From Stylophora pistillata (Eukaryota), in assembly GCF_002571385.2 (NCBI RefSeq), contig NW_019217851.1, positions 346,971 to 410,970 of the forward strand: DNA of 64,000 bases. The letters run 5' to 3'. This document shows positions 53,701 to 61,362 of this stretch, piece after piece (within the stretch, counting starts at the first letter, position 1; every line of letters starts with the position of its first letter). The notes beneath the pieces were generated by a model. That model was not told the origin of the DNA and did not search any database. It saw only the letters and a list, made by a program, of their open reading frames with translations. The position numbers and the translations under genes are program-made.

Positions 53701-54094
53701 AAAATGGTTTCAAGTGTCGGCGATGAAATTCACTTTCTGGAGATAATGGTTATTTTTCATAAATTTTGAAGACAATATTTAAAAGCTGGGTAAGCTTTAC
53801 TGACTAAATGTTCGTGTTTAAACTTCTCTGTATAATTACAATTCTCCGCTTGCACGTCCATAATTAAGAAAGAATACCTACATGAATTAGGCTTGAGCTT
53901 ACCTTTTTGAGCTGCACCGGGGTCGGACCACTGAATCTAAGAGCCTTTGGATTTGGTTTTAGTTGTGGTTTTGCATAAATACGAGCACGAAGCTCGTTTT
54001 CGTCAATTCCTGGCAAAGAAAATGCATCAGACCTTGGGTTGTTAGCGGGTTTCCTACCGCCATTGGCGAAAGTACTTGCACCGTTTTGGGCCAT
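2957..54094 (-). CDS. DNAH6: Axonemal dynein heavy chain 6 (single-headed inner-arm dynein), complete 95-exon gene, about 4,188 aa
   Basis: Hand-traced exons in transcript order (GT-AG, phases consistent, sum 12,567 nt): 53903-54094, 53293-53325, 52372-52823, 50967-51179, 49964-50018, 49720-49854, 48677-48815, 48119-48260, 47241-47430, 46308-46492, 46004-46112, 45322-45442, 45047-45198, 43812-43964, 43216-43317, 42723-42872, 41870-41998, 41132-41245, 40708-40851, 40218-40427, 39697-39810, 39525-39623, 38795-38975, 37783-37879, 37568-37672, 37384-37463, 36417-36505, 36157-36303, 35419-35529, 35057-35182, 33939-34094, 33309-33404, 32752-32955, 32497-32650, 31508-31779, 31084-31185, 30525-30635, 30099-30188, 29906-30001, 29583-29779, 29068-29167, 28362-28445, 27890-28117, 27225-27446, 26710-26857, 26366-26472, 25942-25992, 25702-25833, 25533-25606, 24852-24949, 24518-24681, 23884-24015, 22600-22679, 22429-22509, 22056-22206, 21581-21634, 21163-21254, 20889-21044, 20149-20215, 19759-19913, 19047-19227, 18606-18731, 17625-17734, 16980-17052, 16486-16575, 15740-15822, 15209-15293, 14081-14233, 13597-13827, 13104-13175, 12664-12849, 12500-12558, 12188-12301, 11743-11923, 11471-11650, 11261-11367, 10666-10792, 10472-10540, 9975-10052, 9263-9436, 8866-9056, 8624-8717, 8208-8448, 7737-7837, 7424-7528, 6559-6673, 6233-6354, 5504-5674, 5173-5259, 4821-4913, 4373-4465, 4078-4138, 3455-3729, 3149-3260, 2957-3060. 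Dynein motifs: GPAGTGKT (AAA1), [31 protein letters not shown] (AAA2), GTTGVGKS (AAA3), GVGGTGKQ (AAA4), C-terminal [22 protein letters not shown]. The DNAH6 call rests on recalled similarity to vertebrate DNAH6 (e.g. [38 protein letters not shown]-terminal LEPLP-x4-YQ, overall length). Confidence 0.93.
3348..3450. repeat. 39-bp tandem repeat (about 2.6 copies) in a DNAH6 intron next to the donor site
   Basis: Unit tgataaatactggtttgataaatattgtattgagtaaat. Confidence 0.85.
5790..5940 (-). mobile_element. Degenerate tRNA-headed CORE-type SINE
   Basis: Reverse complement reads tRNA-like head, then tgtgttcttggaaaagatattttactttcacagtgcctctct, a CORE/MIR-like block also seen at about 18360-18510 (-) and 24105-24300 (+). 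Confidence 0.6.
6940..7332. repeat. C/T-rich minisatellite (cctgttcctctcccctccacacc-like units of about 18-23 bp)
   Basis: The ccctgttcc core recurs throughout the interval and explains the low-complexity ORFs at 6908-7418. Confidence 0.9.
9600..9920. mobile_element. TIR MITE with an internal 36-bp tandem expansion (6 full copies plus a partial, 9663-9884)
   Basis: Ends cctgggcctagttgt and aactaccggggcctgg are imperfect inverted repeats; unit gcatagcgttatccacYggatggagatttatccagt. Confidence 0.75.
14300..14613 (+). mobile_element. tRNA-derived SINE, young-looking, running into the assembly gap
   Basis: A box TAGCTCAATTGG and B box GGTTCGAGCCC, followed by a non-tRNA body and tail ttggccctgaaaagcccccatggggagtggtca. 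Confidence 0.8.
14614..14744. other. Assembly gap (N run) within DNAH6 intron 67
   Basis: Run of Ns; the flanking exons 15209-15293 and 14081-14233 join in frame. Confidence 0.97.
15315..15515. mobile_element. TTAACCCT-ended MITE family (piggyBac-like, non-autonomous)
   Basis: Starts ttaaccttttacagcc. Related copies at about 4615-4773, 25226-25449, 31275-31463 and 57225-57390; the better-preserved ends read ttaaccct / agggttaa (TTAA target plus CCC termini). Confidence 0.6.
19530..19620. mobile_element. Fold-back element
   Basis: gttcttgagcataaatatgtttttgggccctcttagagt pairs with actctgagtagggcccaaaatatatttatccccaagaac. Confidence 0.6.
22716..22967 (+). mobile_element. tRNA-derived SINE, second family
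   Basis: A-box-like TGGCCGAGTGG head, distinct body, tail ttggctttgaaaagcccgatgggggagtggtcgaattaa followed by a (tta)-rich run. Confidence 0.75.
23297..23826. mobile_element. hAT-like non-autonomous DNA transposon (530 bp)
   Basis: TIRs CATGGTTCGTA and TACGAACCATG; 8-bp TSD attgctgt (23289-23296) / attgctat (23827-23834); subterminal repeats aattcaaggacttttcaag at both ends. Confidence 0.8.
24105..24300 (+). mobile_element. tRNA-headed CORE-type SINE
   Basis: tggctgaatggtttgggcgctggac head followed by tgtacttagggaagacactttactctcgccatgcctttctcca. Confidence 0.65.
30821..30853 (+). ncRNA. Degenerate hammerhead ribozyme relic
   Basis: ataatga (two mismatches to CUGAUGA), stem II gtcct-tacg-aggcc, GAAA, then C-AGCT-GTC (short stem III with a palindromic loop and a GUC triplet). 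Confidence 0.5.
32310..32432 (-). mobile_element. tRNA-like repeat fragment
   Basis: Reverse complement contains tagctcaatggtagagcattggaacactgaacccgaaggtctggggtttaattt; a more degraded relative lies near 51445-51510. Confidence 0.55.
33309..33404 (-). other. DNAH6: Dynein exon encoding the AAA1 Walker A P-loop (principal ATPase site)
   Basis: Translates [32 protein letters not shown]; the next exon (32752-32955) carries Walker [11 protein letters not shown]. Confidence 0.97.
34248..34300. repeat. (GAT)n microsatellite
   Basis: About 17 perfect copies. Confidence 0.97.
34565..34805. mobile_element. Interspersed repeat, second copy at about 39905-40130
   Basis: Shared blocks cgccatgat...atttagcg, caaaagtttgttt and gaacccagagatatcata...atatctta. 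Confidence 0.65.
36928..37063. repeat. 28-bp tandem repeat, about 5 copies
   Basis: Unit ccaatactagccaatcaaaatgatcaat. Confidence 0.9.
38369..38650. mobile_element. Inverted-repeat Penelope-like relic carrying a minimal hammerhead motif (38541-38574)
   Basis: The right arm contains gct-CTGACGA-a-gggc-taac-gctc-GAAAC-ttc-agc. The left arm (about 38425-38508) is a more degraded reverse complement of the right arm. Confidence 0.65.
41510..41770. mobile_element. Interspersed repeat with a 3' stem-loop ending ataattgttaaata; similar end at about 35880-36130
   Basis: aacaattattccac...gtggaataattgtt inverted repeat; retains CpGs inside an otherwise CpG-poor region. Confidence 0.6.
47698..47800 (-). 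mobile_element. L2/CR1-type LINE (or SINE) 3' terminus with (TTA)n tail
   Basis: Reverse complement ttgtaaagtgccttgaacaagtagtggatgtgtgtgctgtataaat followed by about 17 TTA repeats, the shape of an L2-type 3' end. Confidence 0.6.
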
Positions 54095-54140
54095 TTTGCA
54101 CCAAGAGGAGTTTTTCTTTGACGTTTACACAAACGAAAAT

Positions 54141-54268
54141 CTGTTTTGTTTGTTAGTAAACAACACAAAACAGCCTGAATGTACTAATTCATCGAGGGAA
54201 ACCTCCATACTTCAGTTTGTTTTCCAAACTTTCCGCCATTTTGTTTCTGGAGAAAGTTGCTACGTAAC
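54141..54268 (-). promoter_or_regulatory. Putative DNAH6 proximal promoter and 5'UTR: X-box (RFX)-like site and a 70-nt 5'UTR intron
   Basis: GTTGCTACGTAAC at 54256-54268 resembles the RFX X-box palindrome typical of ciliary genes. On the minus strand there is a GTATGG donor at 54210, a perfect TACTAAC branch point (54152-54158) and an AG acceptor at 54141. Confidence 0.55.
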
Positions 54269-56873
54269 GAGATTGTCAACTGCCAACTGCGAAACTGTGG
54301 GAACCTCGGTATCGCGGACGGACTGGGACCCAAAATAGCTCTTATCAAACATGTTTGGTCCTCATGTTGACGTTTTTAGATAAATACTTGATAATTTTTA
54401 AATTTAAGAGGGCGGATTACCAATCGATCTGTAACACAGAAACTATATTAAAAATAAAATGAAAAACAGTTTAAAAAAATCTGGGTGGGAGAGGGCATTC
54501 ACGAAGTTTGGAGGGACTACCAAAACCCTGACCCTGTTCAGTTAAAACAAAATCCGGTCAGATATTCCATCCTTGATGGGAATAATACACTTGTAAATTG
54601 GAGCATGCCAACCAAAACAAATAGATGGCAAAGCTGGCAGTACAAGAAGAGGCCCATGCCAATATTCAAGATATAACTGTGAAGTCCGATGACGGTGGTC
54701 GAGGTAAAAGTATAATAGTGCTCCAGTTTTCTCTCTCCGATTTCGTCGTTGACATCCGAAAAAATTATCCGAGAATTTTCAAACCTTTCCCGTGAGATAT
54801 TTTAACACAACCCACTCTGTAACATAGAGAGCTTAATGCCACACTTTTCGATATATATTTGTAACGTCCTGTGAGACTAATCATACTAGTGAATATAACG
54901 GAGACCGTACCGCAACCTGTCACAAGAAAAATGCTTCAATTTTTTTAAAGAACTTGTTCTCGGCCCAATCCCTTGAGTTCCCCCAAAAGGTGGATTCGGT
55001 GCTCAATCAACTTGCTTATGCGGCCGGCGATTTTAGTGCGAAAAACACAGGAATTTGACCCCTTGTTCAGAAATTTATTCCAAATCAGTCGAAAGTTAAA
55101 AGTTTTTTTAATTCTTCCTCCGAGATCCATATTAAAATAATCAGGATATCCTGGGATCCGGACGAACGTCTTTGTTAATCGTTGATTTTGTTTTGTTTGT
55201 GTTTTCATCAGCCAGTGGTCTTCTAAATGACCTGCAAATATCTGCCTCATTTCAAACACTCATCTGCTCATGCGTTATATTGTTTGGTTGAGATTTTCTC
55301 GTAAATGATAATCTCATCAAGTTAGAGGTTAATGGTGTCCCTGCACTTCTGCGAAAATGGCGGTTCCCTTCCCTAAACCATCGGAGACTATTTCCCGAAA
55401 ATTCTAATCAACATGAAAATCTGATCAACAAAAACTTTCAACGTGGTTATCGCAGGTTGTCAGTTTCTGGTCTTGTCAAATGACTGATCTGCTCTTCATT
55501 GACGAATAACCACAGCCTGCTCCTGGCTAATTGTTTCAGAAATACTGCGCATCTGTCGCATGGATGCACTGATGTCGAAGGACACGGATTCAAATTAGAA
55601 ATCACGGGAAGTTCAAGATATCTAGGTTTCCTAACAAACGACGCCACTTTAATATCATTTTCAATGAAATGAACTAACAGAATACTTCAAAGAAAACTGG
55701 AGTGATCCGCAAACCGGAATCTTCCTTTGTATTGTGCTAAATTTTGCCGTTTTCTCTGGTCCAGTACTCGATTTTCCTCTATGAAGAGGGAGCGCGGGCT
55801 CATTTCCCGAAGAGTGACTGGTAAACGAGCCTTCTGATTACCAGGCTTCAGTGACCGTTCAGTTTGGTGATTTCACGCCTGAACGCAGATGGAGTTAAGT
55901 GCTGAATATTTTATGACCTTTCTTCGAATTCAAAACAATCCCTTTTCATTTTGCCCGCGGAATGAAAGTAATCGTCTGCAAATCTTCCATCTTTCTGATG
56001 AAACTGTTTTCCCAAATGTTGAACATCGTTCAATTTTCTATTTAATCAAGTATCAGTTCTTTTGACCTTAGAAAACCTCACCGATTGGCTTTGCATGATT
56101 TGTCGATACCATTAAAATGACTGTGATAACCTGAGAGATGTGGTAAATAGTTGTTATCATCTTTTGAAACGAAATCCGAAAAATGATTGAGAATGATAAA
56201 GGATTAACCGGTTCTTGGCCCCCCTACTGACAAAACTTTGGGAAACTGAAAAATGTTCTTTATTTTATTAACTAGTCACTCTTACCTTTCCGTCATAATT
56301 CACGTTATCTCATCGGAGAAAACCGAAAAATGCAACACACTTCACTGAGTTCATGATTTTGGCGCTTAAAGGGCGGAATGCCCTGGAACCTTTTGCGTAA
56401 GAATTGACAGTGCTTCAGTCAGGCAAATCGATCCATCAACAAGATTCAATTGTTTGGCCAAAGATTAGTAAATTCTTGTTTGGCTACATAACTACTAAAA
56501 TTCACAGAAGGGAGTTCGATTTTCAAACTAGGTAACGTTTATATTTTGTTTTGTTGAGCAGGAAGTATATTTGAATCCTCATATTGTGAAGCTTTCTGCT
56601 GGACCGAGATCCGTTGCAGTCAGATGTGAGCAGCGCAAGTAAAGTAATCTCTCGGGGTGAAGTGACAGTTTCAAGAAATACGACATGCTGTGAATTGGAT
56701 TATCTGTTGACTCATATGATTGACTCTTGGACTGTTTTCCCCTCGAGTGAACTGAAATAATAACTAGAGGAGTTCTTGGAGAACTACTTAATACTCGATT
56801 CTTTAATATTTTGAATAGAGATATAATAGTTAAGTACGGAACAGATGTGTACTGACACGTTTTGACGAGAGAT

Positions 56874-58501
56874 ATGGATCAGGGGAAACAGGTCAAAACA
56901 GAAACTCTCCTCGACTCGCTTGTGCGGCAGTTGTCGGTGTATGCAGTCGCCGCCATGGGTTTATTTCTCATAGCAAAAGAATACTTCAGCGGTAAGTGCA
57001 CTTCGATGCCTTTCAACTTACCAAGTAGCTTGAAATCTGGTGTTTTCGTCAGATATATAATTATAGTATTCAGTTACCTTGCGAAGTTTACTTTTAGATT
57101 TTAGTCATACAGTCCTCGATTTTCTCGTAATGAAAAAGTATTTTATTCCGTCAGAGTTTATTATTTGTTATTCAAAAAACTTTTCTCGTGTAGATGGAAC
57201 CTTTCAATTAGTATTATTCCCATTAAACCCTTAACTCCTGGAAGTTATTAACCTGAACTTCTACCCATAAAATCCATAAATCACCCTGCAAACAGGTAAC
57301 GACAATACTCAAATTCATCAGGAATTTGTTGTCTTGATCCAACACTAGAGGAGCTAGAGGAGAGAATTAAAAATCAGATCTTGGGATTGTCTTGAGAACT
57401 TAAAAGAAAAAACATAATCGAACAGCATTTGTGAAATGTAGCGTTAATATCTTATTAGACAGAAAATTTTTTGATAAACATTGTTTGACATTGTTTCTTT
57501 CGGTTGAAGGTTCGCTCATTGTCTGCCAACCAATCAACAGGGGTGTTAAAACGAACCTGTCTTACAGCCAATCACAGGCAGACTACGATAAAGCTTACTG
57601 TTTGATGTCAATGATAGATTTCCGGGAAAACCTGATCATTGCATCAGGAAGTGAACCTAACACAATCCCTGGGGTCACCATAATGGGAATCAAGTCAGAG
57701 GAAGAAAAGATCATTTATCAGAATTATCTTCCATTTGCTTTAGTCATTCAAGCCGCTCTATGCTGCATTCCAATCATTTTATGGCACATTTGGGCTTCCG
57801 ATATTCTTCGTACCTGCATAAGATTTGTGGTTGATAGCTCAAGTAAAATTTTCCCCGGAGTGGTCGATTCAAGCCATTCCTCGGTCAAAAAAGACCAAAG
57901 TTTTGAATTACGCATGGAGTATCTGGGCGCTCAAGTTGAACTTTGGGAAGGACGGAAATTCCTTCTTAGAGTTTACACTACAAAGCTTATGCTAAGCCTT
58001 GGCATCTTCATCTTTATAGTGACCTTTTATGTAGCATATCCTCAACTGAATTATGCTAACTTCCAAGGGTATTTTGTTTGTCACGTGCACAAGCAAACTT
58101 TGGTTACGTGTGTGTTTCCTGATATTGACCTCTTCAAGTTGGCGTGGATTGTTAATATCGTTCTTGTCGACATATCTATTGTGATCGTAGTTCTCCAACT
58201 GTTAAACGTTGCGTTCTGTCTGCAACGAAAGAAAACGTTTTTTTCCTATTTCATGGGAATAGAAGAGAGAAAAATATCCCTAATACCAAACGATTTACAT
58301 TTGATCTCTCACTTTTGTTATGAAAACGCCGGAGTAATGTGTCCAAGTATGATGCACAGCTCTTTTAATCTCAGAAAGACAATGCAAACCCCACTTATTT
58401 CACTTGGAAGTTCGGAGGAAGAGCTGCACTCCCCGAACTCAAGTTCATCTCTTTCATATAGCACAGCACCTCAGCTTTTCAGACGACAAACTGCGGACTA
58501 A
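56874..58501 (+). CDS. Pannexin/innexin-family large-pore channel, pannexin-like, 2 exons (56874-56991, 57510-58501), about 369 aa
   Basis: ATG at 56874 with an in-frame stop upstream at 56853; phase-1 intron with GTAAGT donor and AG acceptor; 1,110 nt in total. Four hydrophobic segments. Extracellular Cys pairs in loop 1 (IVC...AYC) and loop 2 (FVC...VTC). TM2 signature YQNYLPFALVIQAALCCIPIILW (Pro kink, P-x3-W). C-terminal NDLHLISHFCYEN. Confidence 0.85.
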
Positions 58502-58934
58502 GAACTGAGGATTCTATATTTCCCTGAGTAGCAAACAAACAAATATGGTCTCAGACTACACCTTCACAAATATGGTCTCAGTCGTTTTAGGGGTTAATAA
58601 CAATAAATCACCGGTTTTACAACATAAACAGTAGCCTCTATGAGCAAAAAAAGTATTTCCCTTCTTCTGTAACAACCCCAAAACGTTCTCTCTTCTAGAG
58701 TTAGATTTTAAAAGAAGACTTATCGTAGTGAACATAATGTTTGAAAATTGGGAAATATCACTTGGGTGATATCTTCGGATACCCCCCAGTTTCAGCTGGA
58801 TGATATAGGGTCACATGATACGTTTAAACCAATCGTGCGCGAGTAATAAAATATTTGATAGATCATAAAGATAGTTATTGATTTGTCTTATGAAAAAGAA
58901 ATTAAAGATGTACCTATGCGTCAGATATTCAAGA

Positions 58935-59165
58935 TTTATCCGTCCAATTACTAATGATCTATCCATTCATGTAATGGCTAATGCTTTTACCCGTCGGAGA
59001 GCTGGTGGTTCACCCGTCGGATACTTAATGAATAAACTGTCCCATAAATAGCGATTAATCAGTCGGATATATACTAGTTGATCCGTCCAATAGCTAATTA
59101 TTTATTCCTGGGATAGCTGATAGTATTTCTTCCGGATAGTTGGTAATTTATCCGTCGCATAGCTA
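58935..59165. repeat. Degenerate ~23-bp tandem array (tttatccgtcggatagctaat-like)
   Basis: About 10 diverged copies; the core resembles the ggatag/ttatcc motif of the MITE at 9600. Confidence 0.6.
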
Positions 59166-59606
59166 AAAGAGATATTAAAAGAAAATACTAAAAGTCCTAA
59201 TTCACCACAAGATAACGAAACATATCTTACGCTAAAAAAGCTTAGAAAAAGGGATTCCCGGATTCTAAAATATAGAATTTACAAACCTAACTCGTGGAAA
59301 AAAATAAATAAGTATAATTAGATCACAAATGTGCCGGTGTTTTTTAACCGCCAGATTGAACAGGTGCAGTCAACTACCCTTTTCACAGCACATAGCCATA
59401 TGCCAATTAAACAGTGCATGAACGAAGACCCTTGAGGAAGGAAGAGAAAAAGAAGAAGGAAAAGGAAGGGGAAAGAGTGAGATATAGACTATGGTTCTGA
59501 TGGGCGTTTCTCTGCCCGAGTCAGGATTGGGCTCTTGTATAAATATTCAGAATATTAATTTTAGAAGATTCTAGATAGCTAGTTGATTTCCCCAGTGTAT
59601 ATATAT

Positions 59607-60220
59607 CGAGGGGGACTAAAAGGGTTGTGAACATCGCAATACCGCAAGAAGATTTGGCAACTGATACCGCAATATTGCAAAAAAATTGACAAATACCGCA
59701 ATACTTCAATACCGAGTCGAAACGCGATGTCATCAAAACTAATACTAATACTATGTATGTTACGTCTAGAGCAAATGACAAGGAAACAGCAATTAAGAAT
59801 TTTTTGATGAATATTAAGTCAGGTGGTTTCCGATTTAAACAAAACGAACAAAATAAGAAACATCCATTGGCGTGTTGTTTGAGTCTTGTTTTGGCCTGTT
59901 TCCGAAACAATTGGAAATTGGAAAAGGCTCAGAAAACTGGAGGACTTGGAGGATAATTTTTCATACCATCACGGTCCAAAATCCTAAAACACCACATCAT
60001 ACAAGAGAAATGTTGTATTTTAGGATAATCACACTAAGAAAACAACAACAACCACATGGTGTGTTCTCTCTCCTTTATTCACAATGCATCATGGTTATGA
60101 TGACGTATAAATATATTACAGCAGGTACGGAGAATACCACAATACCACAATTCGAGGTTAAATTACCCAAATACCGCAAGAAAAATTTTCCAATTCCGTA
60201 AACCCCAATATTCCCCTCTA
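59607..60220. mobile_element. MITE with short TIRs and AATACCGC subterminal repeats
   Basis: Ends gagggggac and ttcccctcta; clusters of aataccgc(a) near both ends. Confidence 0.6.
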
Positions 60221-61217
60221 CAAAAGATTTGTCCGTCGGGCAGAGTTATCGAATCTATAAACAACTGATACCACAACGCCGTGTCAAGCGGTTATTACAG
60301 CTGAATGGCTTCAAGTCTCTTCCAAAGTTTAAAGGATCAACGCGCCTTAATGATGAAAAAAATTAATTAACGCATTGAACACTCCTGTCGGCTCGATGTT
60401 CACCCTTACAGTGCTGAGAACACTGTTGTCCCATCACTTGTACTGAGGCCCTCGCTGAGTGAAGCTACGGCCAGGCTACCCGGACTGAGCTCGTTGTTGT
60501 GTTCTGTTAGCGACCAAAGAACCTCGTGGTCGATTGAAGAATAAAGCCTGTGTTCATTGAGTTATCAGTAATGCCGGCCGGTGTCGTCTGTGTCGTCTGA
60601 CAATACAATTGAAATTCACATGAAACAAGTGTAAAGCGTCATAGTAATAAGTTCCTACCTCAAAAAAATGTCCTTACGTAATGAATTTGATATCAAGACT
60701 TGTTCACCTCAGAGATTTTTTTGTCTTTTGGTTTTATTTTCTATTTTTATGCAGCACATTTCCTCTCATATGTAATTTCTTGAAGACGATAATTTAGTTA
60801 CGTGAACAGAATAATCCTAATGACGAGCTAATAAATATGAGCCTTGGGCTGAATGTGGCAACCCTTAGGCCTTAAGAGACAATTAAAGATGTAAATGCTT
60901 CTGGCATTGACGATATTTTCCAATCCAAGGTAAAGAGGAAACGGCCGTAATAACAAAGCGTAATAGTACTAATGACAAACTAAACTCAGTGGCAGTTAAA
61001 CAATGACGCCATCATGATTCTAAGAATTTTCCTAGAGCGTCGAATCGCATCATTGAATAAAATCTCCCATTCTGATTGGTTAACGAAGCGAGGTCTTTAG
61101 CGTGGAATTGCGACTTGAAAATAAGGCTAACTGATATTGTTTCACATCTATGTATACATAACAACTCTAACTAAAGCTGGTTTTTTGTTGTTGTTTTTAT
61201 TCAGTTACGCGACTTAA

Positions 61218-61362
61218 GGAAAGTCCATAACTTGACTAATGAATTCCGCATTAAATTGCACTTGAAAACCGATATCGCACGAATCGTGAAGTGATGAATG
61301 CGATATCGGTTTTCAAGTGCAATTTAAGGCGGAATTCCCTCGTGAAGTAAGGAATTTTCCTA
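61218..61362. repeat. Long inverted repeat (39-bp stem, 1 mismatch)
   Basis: Arms 61241-61279 and 61299-61337, with weaker pairing extending outwards. Confidence 0.85.

Noticed and set aside
3056-54338. Plus-strand ORFs overlapping dynein exons (e.g. 8252, 8881, 27205, 31440, 39698, 52658, 54039)
   Set aside because: They are antisense shadows of conserved coding exons with no independent protein signal.
57431-57509. N-terminus of the 356-aa ORF as listed (MKCSVNIL...)
   Set aside because: It starts at GTG inside the intron and crosses the pyrimidine tract; TM1 is supplied by exon 56874-56991.
57856-57870. Caspase-activation site (GVVD, resembling PANX1 DVVD)
   Set aside because: It lacks the P4 Asp and lies in the cytoplasmic loop rather than the C-terminal tail.
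59521-60201. ORFs of 67-129 aa
   Set aside because: They lie within a MITE-like repeat and show no transposase or other recognisable motifs.
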